A DNA stretch of 64,000 nucleotides from Lingula anatina (taxonomy: Eukaryota > Animalia > Brachiopoda): contig CM120641.1 of the NCBI GenBank assembly GCA_051362555.1, positions 13,826,001-13,890,000 of the forward strand, read 5' to 3'. The notes beneath the pieces are model-generated. The model saw only the letters and a program-made list of their open reading frames with translations. It made no database searches and was not told the DNA's origin. Positions within the stretch are counted from its first letter, which is position 1. Each line of letters starts with the position of its first letter. A program made the translations under genes and the position numbers. Positions 26,184 to 40,900 of the stretch are shown one piece after another.

Positions 26184-27445
26184 CAGTATTAAATTGACAT
26201 GAAGAAATGTGCTGTTAATCATATTAGTGTTGCACAGAAAAATGAAAGGGACCCTTATATGAAACATTGCAGATATCATGATCTATGAAATTCTTCTGAA
26301 TTCAATTATCTATATAGGACAGTGTGCTTTCACTCATGTTGTTCATGACATAAATTGGAAATGAGGGCTGTACATGACATGACATCAATTGGAATAAAGG
26401 GGAAATGTGTTAGGGGTTTACAATTTTACTTGAAAACGGTTCAAGAGATCGTTTGCAATTTATAGGCATATCCAGGTATTTAAATTTATCCATGAATATG
26501 TGCAAGGATATACACTAGAAAAGTACAAGCTCATTTCCTAAGATTACAAGGCAGTGACAAACGGAGGAAGGCAGATTAATGAGCAGGATATGTTGTATCA
26601 AGGATGGTCTGTAGGTCCTATAAACCATCCTACTGTTTCTTCTATTTCATAAGAAAATTTTCTTGAAAAAAGTGCAAATGTTCCTGCGAATATATTCTTG
26701 AAAAAGTGCAAAAAGGTATAGAAGTTATCAAGGATAGAAAATTTAAAATTTAATTACAAACAAATAAATGCAAAAGCAACTACTTTTAGGGCATTTCAGG
26801 TATTGTGAAATTAAATGTTGTGCAATTTTAGTGTTGCAAGTTTAAATTATTCTTCAAGTTCCAAGAAGAATCTCACTTTGTGGAGTTAAAATGAAAAAGT
26901 TATTATTTGCTAACTAGATCAAGAAATTTATTTCAATAATTTTAATGTAAACATTATTATACAAGTACAGTAGAATGTATGAAATGTGATGTTGAAAATA
27001 TATACTTCTAATATTTGAAAAGTGCAACGAACAAAATGTTTTTTCACTTTAAACTTCCTGTTGAAATAGATACAACAAAGAAATGATTTGCAAACAATGA
27101 AAAGAAAAATGCTGGTACATGTATATGATTGACTCCAATTTTTACATTGTATGATGTTGGTGCCATCAGTGTTCTACCAGTACACACTTTGTTCATTAGC
27201 TTAGTTTTTTTTATTTAAATATTTCAACACTATTAAGGGTTAAGTATGGTGGCAGGCCCACATACATGTATAAAAGTGCACTGGTGTATATGTATGTCTT
27301 CTAACATTATATGGATGTTTTAAACTGATTTATACATCCATTCCCATGGTGTTTAGGGTGTCTGTTAAGTTTTTATGGTTATTGTCATAGGATCATAAGA
27401 GAAGTGAAATAAATGTTTCATTTTTTGTATTTTATGTATTAAAAC

Positions 27446-28260
27446 TTTATATACAGACACCGTAAGTGTCTGTATATATTCTGATTGGTCTGTCTGTCCC
27501 CGCTACTGTCATCACTGTTGCCATTGCTGTCGCTGTATGACACATGACGTTTGCCCCTTAACTTCCAAACTGTATTACTTTAAATTTACTGAGTGGCTTT
27601 GTTTGGCAAAGAAAGAGGTTACTTTTGAAAACCTGCATGATCGGTTTTCATTTACGGTAATTATTCTGTTTTTTATTTTGCACAATTTTGGTTGGTGACA
27701 TTAGCCCCATAACAGCCAAACCATATTTTGGTTTTACTCAAAATTTACTGAGTTGCTTTGCAGGTTGCTTTCGAAAATTGGCATAATTACTTTTATGGTA
27801 ATAATTGTTTCTTTTTTCACAATTTTAGTGACATCTCCCCGTAACTTCAAAACCATATTTTGGTTTTACTCTAAATTTACTGAGTTGCTTTGCTTGGTAA
27901 AGAGGTAGGTTGCTTTTGAAAATTGGCATGATCGGTTTACATTTATTTTACGGTATTTTTTTTTTTTTTCACAATTTTGTTGACATTCACCCCATATTTC
28001 CCAAATCATATTTTGGTTTTGCTACTGAGTTGCTTTGCTTGGTTAAGATGCTGACTGCTTTAGAAAATCGGCATGATCTGTTTACATTTATGGTAATTAT
28101 TCGTTTTTTGCACACTTTTGGTGATGTTCGCTCCATAACTGAAAAACCTTATTTGGGTTTTACTTTAAAATAACTGAGTTGACTTGCTTGGTAAAGAGGC
28201 AGTTTGCTTTCGAAAATCAGCATTATCAGTTTACATTTGCTGTATTTATTCTGTTGTTTT
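27446..28260 (+). mobile_element. Older HINE related to the nested element, with ~5 diverged ~146-bp units
   Basis: Hairpin TATATACAGACAC-CGTAA-GTGTCTGTATATA (27448-27478) and a decayed microsatellite. A GAAAATYRGCATGATCGG-like motif recurs near 27623, 27770, 27914, 28060 and 28209. The 3' end is not resolved. Confidence 0.7.
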
Positions 28261-30665
28261 ATGTGTTAAAAAGCCTTTTCTGGTCTTACATGTGGAATAA
28301 TTTTGCATGGCAAAATATGAAAAATCCTATATAAGACAATTTGCAATATGATCAACATTGAAGAAATGTTAGCTGGGAAATGGTGTTCACTTAAAATGCA
28401 TGTTGAAGGCGTGTTACACCTATGAACATTTTACAGGTGCACTTGGTCATACAGGTAAGAAGATTACATACAATCATGACAAAGGCAGACATAGATATGC
28501 AATGTTTCAAACAAACCTGCTCATCAATTCACAAGTGCAATCTAAACTTGGGCTTTGAAGCGACTATGACCTACAGGCCTGATTACATAAACAAATCGAT
28601 ATTCAATTAAAACTAAAACTGATTTATTCTTTAGTTATTTTTAATTATTATCTATATTTTCAGTTCATGAGCATATAATTTTATTCTCATAAATCCTGTT
28701 TGTACAGTGAAAAAAAAATAAGCTGTATACAGTTGATCTTGAATTATAAGCATTTGGAAGGTCGTCTACAACTTAAGGAAAGCAATCAATAAAGCGCTGT
28801 TAGTTTACCGCTAAGTTTTCAAATAGTCATCATCTTGAGAACAAAATGACGCCGAGAAAAATCTGCATTGCAACTGAAAAATGCATTTTGTTAAAACTTT
28901 CAATACAAATAGGATTTTTATGGAAAATACGACCACTGTAACATGACCGTAATAAAGACGCATTGAATAAATATACTTTTTTAAAGTTGAAAAACGTGAT
29001 GCTAGCATTACATTAAAAGCCTTGCAGATATCCAATTTTCAGAATATTGTCCAGTCTATAAAAATAAACTTTTTTATTAAAAAGACAACTGAAATAATTA
29101 CAAAAACCCTGAAACAGTAGATGAAAGCTAGCATATGAAGACAATTGCGTTAGAGAATCCATTTCTAATCTCAACTGTGCACGAAGACGCTTCATACCCA
29201 AGTGTTCGTTGGCATCGTATTATTGTACAAAAATACAAAACAAATGTTATATCTAAAATGGAACAATGGACCCGCATAATTATGGTGAAAAGTGTGGTAA
29301 ACGTTATTTCTTCACACCCATGAATGCAGGCCTGGGGCAGTCCAAACACAGGTGAAATTTTTCAAATCAATTTCCGAGAAGAGAGTACTAAGCGTGCTCA
29401 TCGGGGGGTTTCCAACACGTATCTACAAGACCAATTATCTCATACGAGAATAAGATGAGATCTTCAAGATACTAAGGGAGGTGGCAAGTGAAATTATACA
29501 ACCCGGGGCAGTTTTTTTTTTTTTTTGTTTTCATTTTTCACACTTTTGTTTTTTGTTCATAAGACATTTTCTTTCCGTTTTATATATATGTACATTAAAA
29601 CGAAATTACCAAACCTTTCAATAATCTATATATACTGGTATATACAGGGTATACATATATACCAAGCATTTAAAATAGTTTATTGAACACGATTTCTGTT
29701 TATCCCATCTATGGAAAAAGCGTTCCGGAGAATTTGTGTAGTTTTTCATTTTTATCATTCACTGTAAAGAACGATTTTACAATCTATCATCATTATCAAT
29801 CTATCATCGACAGTAAAATGGGGACAGACATTTTTTTCGGTAACGAAAGTCATTTCTCTCTTTCTCTCTCTCTTTCTTAATAAAATTATACATATGCAGA
29901 AAAGGACAGTCAATATAGCAGTTTAAATAAAAAGCATTAGATGGTTACAGAAGTAAAAAAAACGAATAACAAAAAACGAGTAACATGCCATTTCAAAGGA
30001 TAATGGTATCTCTGCTGCAAGTTTGAGACTTTTCCACGACGGTGAAAAAGTGTTGCGATGTCACGATTAAATGAAACTAGGACATAAAATATATATATAA
30101 TTTATCTTCCTATAATGAAATAAAAAGATTAATATGAAAATTGGTGAAATAAATGGATTAATTTGAGTAATTCCAAGAATGCCCGACAAATGTGATATCT
30201 TACAGTTCTCACGTTTTGCTTTCTTACTTGAGAGTTTGTTTTTAAACTGGAAATGATTTTAGGCATATTTTGTGAATTACTCTCCGGGTTGGTTTAAGTC
30301 CGTACTTCACAGGTGTTGCTAAGGTCAGCATGTAGTCCTCTTCGTACACAAGGTTGGGTGAAAGGGTTCGTTGCTGTGAAAGAATGATTTGGTAAACTAC
30401 TTTCCGGAAGATTTTTAGATAGGACGTTTATCTGGGTTCATCTCAAGCGTGCAATTTAAAGTTAAACGCTCATTTTCTTCCTACATTTAATTTGTCTATT
30501 CATCCAACACGATGTAATTACCACGTGTCGAACATAATTGTTACGATTCTAAAGAGGTACAAATTGCAAGGATGCTCCTCGTGAAAAATTCAGGTGTTGT
30601 CTCCCTCCAGAGGTCGCTGTTGTTTAATAACCCAGGTCGCGATTAATGATATCCATATATGGTAC

Positions 30666-30932
30666 TACAAAGGGAGCCGCCAGAGATCAAAGGGAGCCGC
30701 CAAAATGTGGATTGTCACTATATACGCTCTTCCGCTGTTAGAGCAAGAGCAAAATCATATCCATAATTTAAATGCTGCTTCTGCACGTTTGTGATTGGAA
30801 TTAATCTCCTGGGCTCTCAGGCTCGGATTTTAAGAGAATGAAATGTCTATAGAAAAAAAGCTGAGCGTGGTAAATAGCTAGCTTTCTGCACGGCAGAAGC
30901 CGCGAAGAAACAGGATGGCGGCGAGATCAAAG
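30666..30932. promoter_or_regulatory. Candidate Wnt-response element: three TCF HMG sites, each paired with a Helper site
   Basis: TACAAAGG-GA-GCCGCCA (30666-30682), AGATCAAAGG-GA-GCCGCCA (30684-30702) and TGGCGGC-G-AGATCAAAG (30916-30932). Confidence 0.7.
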
Positions 30933-31699
30933 ACTCGCTTAAATGCCCTCGGAAAACATTCGCACTGTGTTTGTTTGCAATGGCCACATTCCTTTTGTAT
31001 TTTAACATTGAGGTGGAAGAATGAAGTGAATATTGAAGAATAAGTCAGGGGAGCATCCTCTTGCATCTGGGATGACAATGTGTTAATATATAGTCTGTGT
31101 AAATTTACTAAAACATTTATAGCTAATACACAACTTGTGTTTCTTAAAAAAAAAATTATAAACGGTGCTTTTGAAATACTATATTTACCCCTGCCGTTTG
31201 GTTGTTTCACGTATGTTCTTTATATAGGAGACATGAATACCTTTTTCTTATTTATTTCTTGGATATAAATTTATTCAGGTTCCATTCAAACGCTATGGTT
31301 TTCTGTTTACACACACACACACACAAACACACACACACTGATGATTTGTAACCACTGCCGTGTGTGTGCTTGTGTGCACTTTTTTTTTCAAATACCATGG
31401 AACCTGCTAACAATTCTTTTACATAATTGCGGGGACACAAAAACGAATACCGGTTATTCTACATTTACTGAAATTTCCTTATTCGTATTAAAAAATAACT
31501 GTCAAGTTTGTATAAATTTCGTTTACAAAATTTTGGTTCACGGAATTAATTTTTGTTTTAGATAGAAAAAAAAATTCCAAAAACTAATAAATATTTTTTA
31601 CTAGATGCAATTGTTTAAAAACAGAATGTATGCTTTTGATTTCCGTGAAAGTTAATCATTGATTGTCAATATAGAAGTATGATTTAATGCAGGGGTAAT

Positions 31700-31977
31700 T
31701 GTAATAAAATGCGCTGAAATAATGAGTGAATGAACAAGACGCTCTCCGTGTGTCAACTACTTAAACCGAAGGAATTTATACACCTTTAATGCCTCTGTCT
31801 TTCTCGGGCTCTGATTGGCTAGTTTTGAACGACATCAGCGACCCCTTTACGGCCTTTGTAAGGTGCCCTAGTTAGTGCCATTAATCATTACCGACTTTCA
31901 TGGCGGACTTCAAAGGAAGTACCGAAAGAAGTGTGAACTGGCTCAAAAATTTAGTGTTGTAGTAAAAACTCTTGGCC
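31700..31977 (+). promoter_or_regulatory. TCF proximal promoter/5'UTR (CpG-rich; reverse CCAAT box; TCF sites)
   Basis: CTGATTGGCT at 31811-31820, CCTTTGTA at 31853-31860 and TGGCGG-ACTTCAAAGG at 31901-31916. CpG is retained here, unlike in the gene body. Confidence 0.55.
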
Positions 31978-34900
31978 ATGCCGCATGTTAGTTCTAGCGG
32001 CGGAGATGACTTAGCTTCCTCGGACGAAGTAAAAGTGTACAAAGATGAGGGAGAAGAGGGCGAACCATCGTCCGAAAACTTGTCCGAAGATAAACTCGGA
32101 TTAGTCACTGAGACAGAAGAGGTATGGTGGTATTTTCGAAATGATGATAGATATATTTCTTGCGTTCGGATGAACTTTGAGGCTGCTATGGTTTAAATTT
32201 GACTAGTCAGCCAGAAGTAGAGCAGGTATCTTATTATTATACTGTTTTCCAGGGCAAGAGTTCAACCATTCCATCAGAAAACTATTCAAGAAACGTAAAG
32301 GAAGGGCCTCCACCAGAACACAACGGTAAGGTGTTTTAAAATTCTAAAAAGTTAATGCAAAAAGTTAATTTATGAAATAAATAAAGAACGTATGTAAGTT
32401 TTTTATGCATGTAACACTTAATGATTTAGAGCACAGAACACAGAGATTAAATATTTAGTAAAGTTAAAACTTGACAGTTGCAAAGTTTCATTTGTATTTT
32501 GACAGATTATGGCATTGGTATCTAGACACATTGAGTTGTAAGCAGAAATGTTCCCTGTCAATATTTCTTGAAACATTTAAATGAATAGGTATATGATATA
32601 TTTTTCATGGCAAAGCAAAACTTAGTTTGTCTTAATTCCCTAATAGAAATTCATTTGAATTTTTATTTTTTAATTTCAAGGTATAAAACACACAGGAGTG
32701 TCACTTATTGATCCCTATCACCCTACACCCATAGGTTATGTGGTTACCCCTTATCCCTATCCAAATGGTGCTACAAGTTTGGTAAGTACTGGTCCTTCCA
32801 TTTTAGTCATCTCATTTTTCAAATACAAGATTATTTTCACAGGCTAACAAAGGCGAGCAGATCTGTTGAAATAGGTAGGCTTGAATAGCATATAATTGCC
32901 CCGTTATTGTTGGCAAGCAAATTTCTATACAGGCGGATCTATTATATTTCTGGTTTCTTATCCTCCCAGGCGAAAGAAAGAAAAACAGACCGTATACCTC
33001 CAGGTTTTAATCTTTTTTTAACTGACCTACTGGGTGATTTGTTAACAGTTTCAAGTAACATATTATATAAAAGATGACAGAAAAGATGAAGCCTTAATTT
33101 TCTGGATTAACTGCATATTTTGATACGGCTACATACTAGTGACCAAGCTGAGGCGATTAATGCAGTGTTTGATTTATGATAACAACAGATTGGGTCCAGT
33201 ATTAAGATTAGTCAGATATATTGCACTGAAACTTACCCCTGTGTAATATATATGTACACTCCACAGAAAGCTCTGTGCAAATACCACTATTTACCGAGGA
33301 GTGAAACAAAGGGATGTGGCATATGCTGGTTAGCTTCAAGGTTGAGGCTTTGCGAAAACAATACCCCAGTATGTTAGAGGCAGCAAAATATTCTGAGGGA
33401 TACATTAATTTTATTTCAGCAGACCCCCAGTTGAAGTTTAGTAGTTTTGAAACAGGAAATTGAGTCTATTTTGCCAGAATCTTGTTTGCAGCTGGACTGG
33501 TTAAAGAAACATTTGAAATGTCAATCATAATTATGTGACATTTTAACCCTGACAAATGCAGATGCTCCCTCTTTTCACTCTTGGTTTGTATTTAGCAATC
33601 GGAATAAAGCCTCTGGTAGACCTGGAAGCCCTTTAATTTTGTTGCGAAATAATCTTGTGCAACGCTAGTTTGTTTCTTCTAGGGCTTAACTCTAGGGTCT
33701 CCCTACCCTGGTTGGAATATTGAACTGACAAGTAGGGTTTACACCCAGAGGCAATAATGAAAATGATCAGAAAGCGAAATAACACAGAGAAATAGCCCAA
33801 ATTGCTTGAAGATCTATTATCATCCTGAAGAATAATTGTATTGAAATGAGACAACCCAATATCTACCTGGCAGTAATTCAATAGAACTATCTGAGACTCA
33901 CAATGGATACTGGCAATATTGCTTCAGCAATCATTTCTGCAAATCCTTAGTTTTGTTTTAATAATGCAGACTATTCATTAAAGAAAGTATGCGTGAAAGT
34001 ATTTTTTTTTTTTCAGTGGAGCCATTTTCATTTTTACTCCTAGTCACATTGCAGAGTTTTACATTTAACGTCAAATTTATTTGTAACTTCTTAAAATTGT
34101 CATTAAAATACGCTGTATATATCTCAGTGGAAAAATGTAACAATATATAATTGCTAATTTAAAGAACATAAAAAAGGGAACATTTTGTGGAGCAATTTGT
34201 TAAAGACTATAACATTTGTTGCTATGGATTTTTTTTTTTGAGTGATTGACGTGAAACCTGTTGGCTTACATGAAAAAAGGTTGAGACTGTAGCAGCAAAA
34301 TCTCTTGTTCAAACAAGTTCTTTGAATCCCCAAAGCCCTTCCAAATAATGTCTGAAAAGTCACCTTGTTATTGTTATGCTTTGTTATGTCTGGGAAATCT
34401 TGTTTTGAAAGAATATAGATGACGACAATGGACTTGCCATTTTCTATGTGAAATCTGGAACTTTTTAAGACACCTGAAAAAATTTAAACAAAAGAACATT
34501 GCCAGTTTTCAGTTAATATTCTTGACCACGAGGCAAGTGAAGAGTGTTAAAAGATACAAAATCTGTAACCTGAGTATTTGTCATTTTTATGGTTACTTAT
34601 TTGCGACAAGTTTTCTTTTCCTCAGAGCAAAGTGCAAGTTGTCAGTTAAATTTTATTCCCCCTAAGGTTGTCTGGTTCACAACAAAGCTCCATGTTAAAC
34701 TGTACATATTAAAAATCCATCACAGGATTGTAGTTCAGCATATAATAATACATGCTCCTGCTATGCTGGCATTTACATCCTTTAACTTAGTGTAGACAGT
34801 ATGGTAGTTAATGAAGTAAAGCAATGTGGTCCCCAGCCAGCTATGAAAATGATGGGCATGTCCATTTCTTTTGTGCTTGGAGTGCGGTTCTTTTGTGCAC

Positions 34901-37900
34901 CACTGTATCCTTGGAATCTGGGCCACCATTGGGGCTGGCTGAGCTGTTGGCATCAATTGAGACAGAGAATGATTGACATTTTGGCATGTGTCTGTGTACA
35001 TAACCTGCCCATGTTTAGATAAAAGGGGTCTACCTTGCCTGCATGGAGCCCATTCAGTGAGGATTAGTGGGAGATGGCCTTTGATAAGGCAAAAAAGACA
35101 TAAATTAATAATGTGGCAGTGATCTTCCACCCTTCCTTTCTTTTATGAATAAATAGACAATGAGAAAAAATATGTAGATGCCTTTCCGAGGACCTGTGTT
35201 AATTGTAGAATATGGTTGAAATTTATGCAAGGACAAGCACCTGTTGACCTTCAGTGCCTCAAAAATTAAATTCACCTAAGACACTTAATTAGGTGGGTCA
35301 TCCAAGGTACATGTAGGCTGTTCACACTTGCCCTGAGTTACATAACTGCCCTTTCAAGTGGCAGCAGTAGTTAAGTGCAATGGCTATTCCTTGCTGTGTC
35401 ACTTTTAGATTATCAGCTAAGGAAAAAAAATCATGACCACGTCAGGAAGGCAGTTGTCCATACATTTCACCATAGTCTGAGAATGAAATAAAAAAAAAAA
35501 AAAACATTTTAAAATTGCATAGGCAAAGAGGAAAAGGATGACTTTGTAGGCAATGACTTTGATGGATTGATCTCCCTATAGCCTAGGGAAAGTAAAAGGT
35601 AACAAATAACTGTTCAGCAGTGTATAATTTTGTATGAGTAATCCTCTGATGTGAATGTCTGTGACTGCCCTTCAGTGATAACTCATTGTTACAGAAAGAA
35701 TGAAGTGTCATCAGGATGATGGAAGGCCCACTTAACAGCTGTGAAGGGCCAGGTAGATTTGGCACTGTGGGGCTGCCTAGCTTTACACATTGGCTGTGGT
35801 GGTGATGGTGTGTTTAATATGAACTGGGCTAGCAACAAGGTTTAAGACAAGGGTAAAGACACTGTGTCAAAAGTGTTGGTGGTTCCGGTGAAAATTAAGT
35901 AAAAATGTCTTCTCCTATCAACCCCAATCCCACCTCCACTAAAAGCAATGTCCCAGCTGATGTCTTATGTTATAAAGTTGAGCTTTATTAATGAAAAGTA
36001 AGATAAAATGATTTTGTCCAGATTAATGCAAAAACCAATTGACTTCTCAATTTGAAAGCTTATCAACAGATGTACTGTATGCTGTGCAAGACACTTCACA
36101 GATAAATACGAATTTTGCAACTTCGAACCAAAATCTTCTCTCTACTTTTCACACAAAAAAGACTTTGAGTGAATAGGTGAAAATGAATTGAAGTTGTCAA
36201 ACTCAGTGCTTCTCAAGCATTGAGAAACAGTTTTTCTGTGCACCTGAGCTGTGAGCAACTCTTTGTTACTTAACCCCCACCCCACTTGGAGCTGAAGTAT
36301 TTGTTCACAGTGTTGCCATCAATGATACCTTGTTGAGGATCAAGTGTGCAAGGCACCAGATACAAAACACTGTGTCAATTGACTTATCACGTGCTATTCA
36401 AGGATGAGAAAAAAGATTGTATTGTAGAGGCGGAAAAGAAAATATGTGCTAAAAGACCTAGGGAATTGCTTCTCTAGTTGTGTAACTAATTGGAAATGCT
36501 GGGAGCAATAATTTTTTTTCTGGTGCAAAATTCATAAATTACGATTCAGATAAATTCTGAATGATATTCTTGTGAATATAATAAGCAGTGTAATAGAAAT
36601 TACATTAAAGTGGTTATTTTGCCCAGTCTGTTTTTTCCCTCAAACACCTGTCTCTTAGTAGATATAAAAGTTCACACCTAACGGTGTAGATACAGGCATT
36701 TTCAACACAGTGATAATTGCTGAAACTGGATGATAAGTATCTAATGTTTCCATGTAAATAGCTGTCATGTATGGGGTAAGATTAGCAGTAACTAGCATCT
36801 TTGTGCTCTTAAAGTCCTTGCAGCTTAAAGGGGATGGGACTTCCCTTCATAAAAGTTTTTGTTATTTGGAGCTCATTTAGCTGACAATTGCATGTGACAT
36901 GATGCAAAAATGCATGAAAAGTGATTCAGCACTCTACATATCTTAATTTTCGTAATTTGTCTAAAAAACTCTCTCTCTCAGTTCATCATTTCAGCTAGAT
37001 CATGTTGCCCTTTCATTGTTTAAAATATGAGGACAACCAGAAGAAAATAAAAATGAATAAAATGTAGTCATGATTCAAAAGGTTGGAAGGGGGTTCTTGT
37101 TTTGCCTCAACTCAAGTAATAGCAGCTTTGGCTAAGTTTTTTTTTATTCTATATTCTATTTGTGGCAGGTTTTGAGTGATTGATAGGGCCCAATGTTCTT
37201 CACATTCTATGTAGTTCATAGGTACAGAATTAGTCAGCATTCTGAACAGCAAAGACCCATGTGAAACTCATTATAAATAAGAGAAGAAATGAAAAATGGA
37301 ACATGTGTTTGAACCCTAACAGCCATCCTAGCTGTGGATTTATTTGTGGTTTTTGCTCTAGTTATCCAGCTTGGTAGCTCTGCTTTGAACGGCAAATAAA
37401 AAATTTGGTTTGATATTATCTTGGTCCCTTTTTTTCATTCTTTTGAAATTTATTTTATCTAGTGATGTACGAGCATCATTGTTTCATCAAAGAGACACCA
37501 TTGCTTCTGCACTTTTTCCTACTTTATATTATAATGTAATAATTTGACACACCAAAGAAAACCAAGATCAATCAATTTATTAAAAAAAAAAAAAAAGAAA
37601 TTTGAGAACATATTCAATTTTGATGGATAGCGGTGTTCCAATCTGTAGTGATTAAGAGAGGGTATGTCCGCTGATTAAGTAGAGAATGAACTTCCAGAAG
37701 GGGAAATTGACAGAGGACAGGTTGGTGAACATCGAACTCTTGATAGCCTTGAAACTATAGCCAGCACTTAGCTGGTGTAGACATTTTTTCCATCATTCTG
37801 TTTCCTGTGAGCCTCACTGCCCAAGGGCGCTGAATACATGGGATTTGTAGCGCGAAAGACAAGCTATCTGATCAAAGTGTATGGTATGAAGAGCCTCTCT

Positions 37901-40900
37901 GCTTAACACTCAGGAAGAGACTAGACTCTTGATAGGTGAGAAGTTATTTTTTTTCTTCTTCATTAAAAATTAAAGTTTTAAAGTTATTTTTCTCCAATGT
38001 AATATTTTGTACAAACTGTCAAACAGCCTTCAAACAGAGACTGGTTTATTGCTTTCAATTTTACCTAATTCATAACATTTTAAATTACAGATGTGGCATA
38101 GAAAGTGCTAGCCATTGGCTACCAGGATGGTAAAGTAGTATACCATCAATGCTCCTTGAAAAAAATACTACTTGTAAATGATGACACATTCCATTTGAAG
38201 TCATGTTTTCAAAATCTGTTTATTTGACAACAAACAAATTCAATAGTGAAAAAAAAAAAAGATTGTTGAGAATATGATAAACAACAAATGCATGCTGTGT
38301 TTGAGTTAAATGTCAACTCATTGGCATATGTGGGGCTTTGCATTTTAGCCGTGTCAGCCATTGTTTTGATAAGTTTTCCACTTGTTGAAGTCCTATGAAA
38401 GTAGTGTAAGTTATTGATTACCAGTGTAGTTTTAAGGGCTGATTTCAATGGTCCTGCACCTGCAGAGGAGGGGGTCCTGTTTGTTTAATCAATAGGCCTC
38501 TGAAGAACAACAATAACAAACACCTCTGTGGAAATATTTTCATAATTGGTCATAATTGAAATAATACTGAAAAGTAGCAACAGGTATTAGGAGCTATATG
38601 GGTCTACAGTAAGTAAGGGGAGGGGGAAAGTGGGGGCGTAGTAGAAAGGATTAAAATGGACTACCTTTACTCCACCCAAATAATTTTTGTTTGCCAGACA
38701 GTTATTTGGAATATGTGTGGAAATGCTTTTGTGATTAGACATTTTTCTTGTGTATTCATGTTTACTCAAGATCCAGCTCTATTTTGACACTCTGCCATCA
38801 ATTAATGCTTGAACTACTGTTTTTATCCAATGAATTGATATTTATTTTTTACTACATAACATACAGCAAAGTCCCTCTTTGACAAGTAGAGAGATTAGAG
38901 ATTTTGATGGGAATACCTTTTCGGTTCCAAGGTATTTTGGCATCTTTGTTTTGTTCATTTATTTTAGATTAAGGTGACTCTTAGAGATGTTTATATTGTC
39001 TTAGTCATATTTTACCTGTGTTAAAGATTATTTGTCTCTCTTTTAAGAATGGTCGTGACCCCATTTACATAGACAAACTTTTTCAATTGAGGGACGATCC
39101 AGTGACATTAATAGTGCTGGTCGTACTTGTCTCATTCTTACAATAACTTGACTGCTCACAAGAAAATGTTCCGCTTAAATTCATTAAATAATTGAGATGC
39201 TGTTCTATTTTGATTTAAGAAAGGCTTTTTTTTACTCCCATAGAAGCTTGCCTAGTCATCAGTTGTCATGTTGAAAGGAAAATTGGATTGAATGCATCAG
39301 TGTTAAAAAGCAGAGGTCACATCATGGCTGACAGTTTGATTTGGCTGACAAAAGGAACAACAGAGTTTTCATTCTATCAATCATTCTGCAGCAGTTATTG
39401 CCCTAGCTGCAGAGTATAGTTATGTGAGAATTTTTATACTTATTATAGCGAAAAAAGAAAAAAAGAATTGTGTTATTTTGTTGGTCATAGATGGTGTTTT
39501 ATGAGATAATTTCAGTTTGGAAAATTTTTACAGGGGTATGACAGAGCCTTCCATAGATCTTGTATTGTGAAGGAATCACGAAGGAAGTAAGGGGAGGGGT
39601 GCGAAGAAGTCTTTTGTCTAGACTGGTTGATGTATCTGAAAAATACATGAAATAAACCACATAATATAACAGTAAACTACCACGATACAAAGAAAAAAGT
39701 ATTTCAATACAGTTACATGTCATGCTCACTGTGAATAGGGGCCTAATATTCTTCCAGTTGCTGAAAATTTGCAGGGAGTGATCTCATGTCATTTTCGTGA
39801 AAACCAACTATTCATAGGGCCCAAAATGTAAGGTAATAAAGTTATCAATTTATGACACAAATTATCAGAAATAAATGTTTCATTTTTATGGGGGGAGGGG
39901 GAGAGTAAGTGGCAAGGGTAATAATTAAATAAAAAATATATAAAAGTCAATCGCAAGTAATGATAGTATATCATAATGACTTCTTCTAGGTCTTGACAAG
40001 TGACCATCTTTAAACAACAATCAGCATTGTGAATTGGTAAACTTAAAAAAGTGATTAAGAAGTATAAAAGATGGAATTCATCTGATGTCAATATACATAT
40101 CTTAATAGAAGACCTCCATTGCCAAGACCATCTTAAAAATACCAAACAGGTTATTATCATGTTTTCCTACATTACGTTAGTTTGTTATATGATAAGGGTA
40201 GATGCGGGTTGTTTTTAAATTCATCAGCAAATGAACATGAAGACTGATTGTACCTAGGGGAAACAGAATGTTATTTTGTTTTTCCCTGTCACAAAATTCA
40301 GCATATGCAACCTTACGATTACGTGTCAGAAAAATCCTTACTTTTTGCAATTAATTTTTCTCCAGAAATTAGTTGGATTGCAGAGTTGACATTCTATTGT
40401 TGTTGTAGACAGCTAATTAATTTTGAAGAAAACTGGTGTAATCTTTGATTGTCATCTCTCCAACTGCATCTCTTATAATATTGTGACAAAGAACTCTGAC
40501 AATGTCTTTTGTGAAACATGGAATCTTCTCGTTGTCCAATGAATTTTCACCAATAAATTATTTTTGGTAGAACTCATTTTTTTAGGCATTTAATGTCATA
40601 GTCTGGAGATTTTTAGGAGGTGAATGTTAGATTATATTGTTTAGATGCACAGAGCTGATCCAGATACAAAATGTATTTGATGAATAGTTTGTCCTCTTCT
40701 TCTGATATGGGTAAGGTGTGATATTTGAAATTGATCAGTTTTGAATGTTGCATATAGGCAAGGAAATGTTTCGTATTCCTTGCCTGAGATGGAGGTGGTT
40801 TCAGGGAAGGCTACTGCTTATATTGCCACATTTAACGTAGGCAAGACTAATTTATATCACCATCCAACAATAGAAAGTTGTAAATCTGTGAAATATGAAC

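Noticed and set aside
32211-32252. 15-nt microexon or in-frame 42-nt extension of TCF exon 2
   Set aside because: As a microexon it would leave a 27-nt intron. As an alternative acceptor it lacks a pyrimidine tract.
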